A stretch of DNA of 64,000 bases, taken from assembly GCA_963841015.1 (NCBI GenBank), contig CAWJAX010000003.1, forward strand, positions 448,001-512,000. The letters run 5' to 3'. The notes beneath the pieces were generated by a model, which worked only from the letters and a program-made list of their open reading frames with translations, searched no databases and was not told the DNA's origin. This document shows positions 61,439 through 64,000 of the stretch, in pieces. How positions within the stretch are numbered: position 1 is the stretch's first letter; each line of letters opens with the position of its first letter. Source of the stretch: an uncultured Methanoregulaceae archaeon (lineage in GTDB: Archaea; Halobacteriota; Methanomicrobia; Methanomicrobiales; Methanospirillaceae). A program made the translations under genes and the position numbers.

Positions 61439-63161
61439 TTACAAATCTCCCGTGGAATAATAGGTCAGGTCCTGCTCTTCTGCTTTCCATGCTTTTATGA
61501 TATCATTCACGGAACTGTCAAACCTGACCTCCCCGGTTTTTTTCTCTATTCCGGATGCACGGAGGACATCCCGGACTTTCCCGGTGGCATTTGCAATTCT
61601 CAAGGTAATTCCCTGTCCTGAAAGATCGTCATACAGGTCATTGATCATGTCCGCTGCAGTAACATCAATGATAGGTGACGGGGAGAGGTCAATTACCACA
61701 AGCCCGACGGGTATTGCCTGCTGTTGTATAAGTTTTTTTACCCGTTCCTGGAGGATGTGGGAGTTGGCAAAAATCAAGGGTGCATCAACCCGGAGTACCA
61801 GTATTCCTGCGGTCTCTTCCTTTGCCGGTTTCCGGGTTACATCACCGTAAAGGGTAGTTCCGGGTATGCGTCCCTGAACAGGAATATAGGGGAAGGAGAT
61901 ATTGTAAAGAATTCCGATTAACGAGAGAAACACCCCGATAACAACACCGGCAAGAATGCCGAAAACCAGTACCCGGCAAATGTGATGAGGGCAATGTATA
62001 CCTCATATTTATTCACCGACCAGATCCGAAGGAATCCACGGAAATCCACCATGTTGATTACAGCCGCGATAATCAGAACTGCAAGTATCGGTTCTGGCAG
62101 ATAATATAAAAATCCCGTGAAGAACAGGACAACCAGGATAGCAACCAGACCCGCAAGTGCCCCGGAAAGGGGTGTCAGGGCACCTGCCCGGTCATTCACT
62201 GCAGATTTACTGAAGCTGCCGGCAACCGGGAAGCCCTGGAAAAAACCGGTTCCGATACTGCTTGCCCCAAGGGCAAGCAGCTCCTGATCCGTATCAATCT
62301 TATAGTTCCGGGTCTTGGCGTACGTCCGGGCAATGGACGTCAGTTCCACGTACGAAAGAAGGAAAAGGGCCATGGCCAGGGGGAAGACTACGGAGAAATC
62401 CTGTGGACCCACATCCGGGATTGCAAAACAGGGAAGTCCGCTGGGGACTGCCCCGACAATCTCCACACCTTTTTCCGGAAGGGAGGAAAATGAGGTTATG
62501 ATGATTGCCCCGACAACCAGGACCAGGCTGCCGGGTAACCGGGTACCTTCTTTTCGAGGATTAACAGAATAACAAGTCCCGTTATCCCGACTGCCACTGA
62601 ATAGAGATTTGCATACTCGAGGTTCTGGAGAACATAGATGGCCTTTGCAAAAAAATCTGAAGGGGCCCCTGCAATACCCAGTATTTTTGGGATCTGGCTC
62701 ATGATGATGACAAGACCGGTTCCCACCAGGAAACCCTTCAGGACGGGTCCCGAAATAAGGTTCACTAAAAATCCCAGCCTGAGGAACCAGGCAACCACAG
62801 CAATAACACCGACAAGGATTGCGGTATACGATGCCAGCATGATATACCGGTACGGATCACCCATCGCGATAACAGCGAGAACCGAGGCCAGAAGAATAGC
62901 TTCGGATGAACTGGCTCCCACAACTGCCTGACGGGATGTGGCAAACAGGAAATAAAGGAGCGGGGCAACGATGGAAACATACAACCCGTACTGGGGCGGG
63001 AGCCCGGCAAGGGATGCATACGCCATCCCGTCAGGAATCGCAAAGGCAGCGAGTGTCAGGCCTGCCACCAGGTCAAACCGCAGCCATTTCCGATCGTACT
63101 TCGGGAGCCAGGAAAGTACAGGAATATAGGGTGTGATTCTCGATAGTACCTTTTGATACAC
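61439..63161 (-). CDS. Second SulP/SLC26 transporter with STAS, split by two frameshifts (~62540, ~61972)
   Basis: DLVAGLTLAAFAIP.GMAYASLAGLPP; DQELLALG; VDAPLIFAN; three consecutive ORFs join collinearly. Confidence 0.88.
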
Positions 63162-63250
63162 TTCCTGCTTCGTCGTTCATTGTTCTCCAGGAGGGGATTT
63201 GTTTATTATGGAGAAAATGAGTGAAATCTTATTTAATGTTTCGATGAAAG

Positions 63251-63430
63251 GGTTCCGGAGAATTTTTTATCAGGATATGAAATACAAAAACACAAGCACA
63301 ATGATGGAGGGGGCCGTGCCTGTCCCCTCTTACCGCCCCTGCGGTGATAGCGAGGGTGAAATAAGCACCTCAACAGGGGATTATCCCTGTGGGAGAGCAG
63401 AAATGGCGGGATTGAAACCTCCGTGAACGT
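63251..63430 (-). repeat. Diverged MITE family 1 module B copy with terminus
   Basis: GGTTCCGGAGAATT..GATATGAAAT..ATGATGGAGGGG..GCCTGTCCCC..CCCCTGCG matches the 30418 and 35530 copies. Confidence 0.7.
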
Positions 63431-63544
63431 CCGGGTTTATTACCCTGCCTGCATATATGAAAAGAAGATGTGCAAGCTCTTTCTCCTCACTTCCCTGTCA
63501 TGACGGATGATCACCTCAAATACTATGAGTATATATCCTAGTGC

Positions 63545-64000
63545 ATGAACTGGCACCTTTTTGCTGTCTTTGGCATTATCGCAGCCGTGGTCCTTATCGC
63601 GGGTTGCAGCATGCTCGTAAAAGATCCCCAGATTGAGGTGAATGATGTCGCGGTAACATCAGTTTCACTTCAGGAAATCGGACTCAATGTCACGCTGAAT
63701 GTCAATAATCCGAACCCCATCGGGATTACCCTGAAGTCAGTAGCATTTGATGTATACTACCAGCAGGGGAATGACTGGGTTGCTGTTGGCCATGGTGAAG
63801 GCGGGGGATATGAGATCAAACCCGGAATGAACCTGGTACTGGTCCCGGTTACGCTGAAAACATCAGAGCTGCTTGGGGCAGGCATTGGTGCACTCATGAA
63901 GGGAGAGATCACGCTCCAGATTCGCGGGACTGCAGTTCCTGACCTGTTCGGACTTAATCCGAAGATACCGTTTTCTCACACGACAACAATTCCGGTGAAA
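63545..64000 (+). CDS. LEA type-2 (WHy) lipoprotein, runs off the window end
   Basis: Hand translation: signal ..VLIAGC, LNVNNPNPIGITL..AFDVYY. Confidence 0.85.
   Translation, partial: MNWHLFAVFGIIAAVVLIAGCSMLVKDPQIEVNDVAVTSVSLQEIGLNVTLNVNNPNPIGITLKSVAFDVYYQQGNDWVAVGHGEGGGYEIKPGMNLVLVPVTLKTSELLGAGIGALMKGEITLQIRGTAVPDLFGLNPKIPFSHTTTIPVK

Noticed and set aside
1-64000. CRISPR array or cas genes
   Set aside because: No regularly spaced 25-40 bp direct repeats and no cas-like ORFs seen; the repeats are dispersed MITE-like copies

Overview
Archaeal chromosome segment from a hydrogenotrophic methanogen, most likely Methanomicrobiales (Methanoregula-like). The assignment is inferred from gene content: cofE, psmB-aCPSF1, PAN, archaeal alaS, Sec61beta, the DUF39-CBS/NIL-ferredoxin/ApbE-like sulfide-assimilation trio and a tetrapyrrole cluster. 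Most of 1-51 kb is housekeeping DNA with one tRNA-Gly(GCC). Five things stand out. (i) A ~12 kb accessory block at 51.1-63.4 kb encodes a DUF1254/DUF1214 protein, two tandem paralogues of an uncharacterised family, two SulP transporters, a Cys-type arylsulfatase and its radical-SAM maturase. The soluble members lack signal peptides, so this is a candidate cytoplasmic organosulfate-processing module in a methanogen. (ii) A dispersed modular MITE-like family occurs as ~9 copies or fragments, with IS6-like termini, two perfect 8-bp target-site duplications and hairpins showing compensatory base changes. (iii) A second, diverged non-coding repeat family has 2 copies. (iv) An unlisted 26-aa histone-H1-like Lys/Ala micropeptide gene has its own RBS. 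(v) A 4.4 kb block splits hemA from hemB. Seven frameshifts in six genes, including the essential alaS, mostly at short homopolymers, point to long-read assembly errors. No CRISPR array, rRNA or intact transposase was seen. All family assignments are from motif recognition by eye, not database searches.
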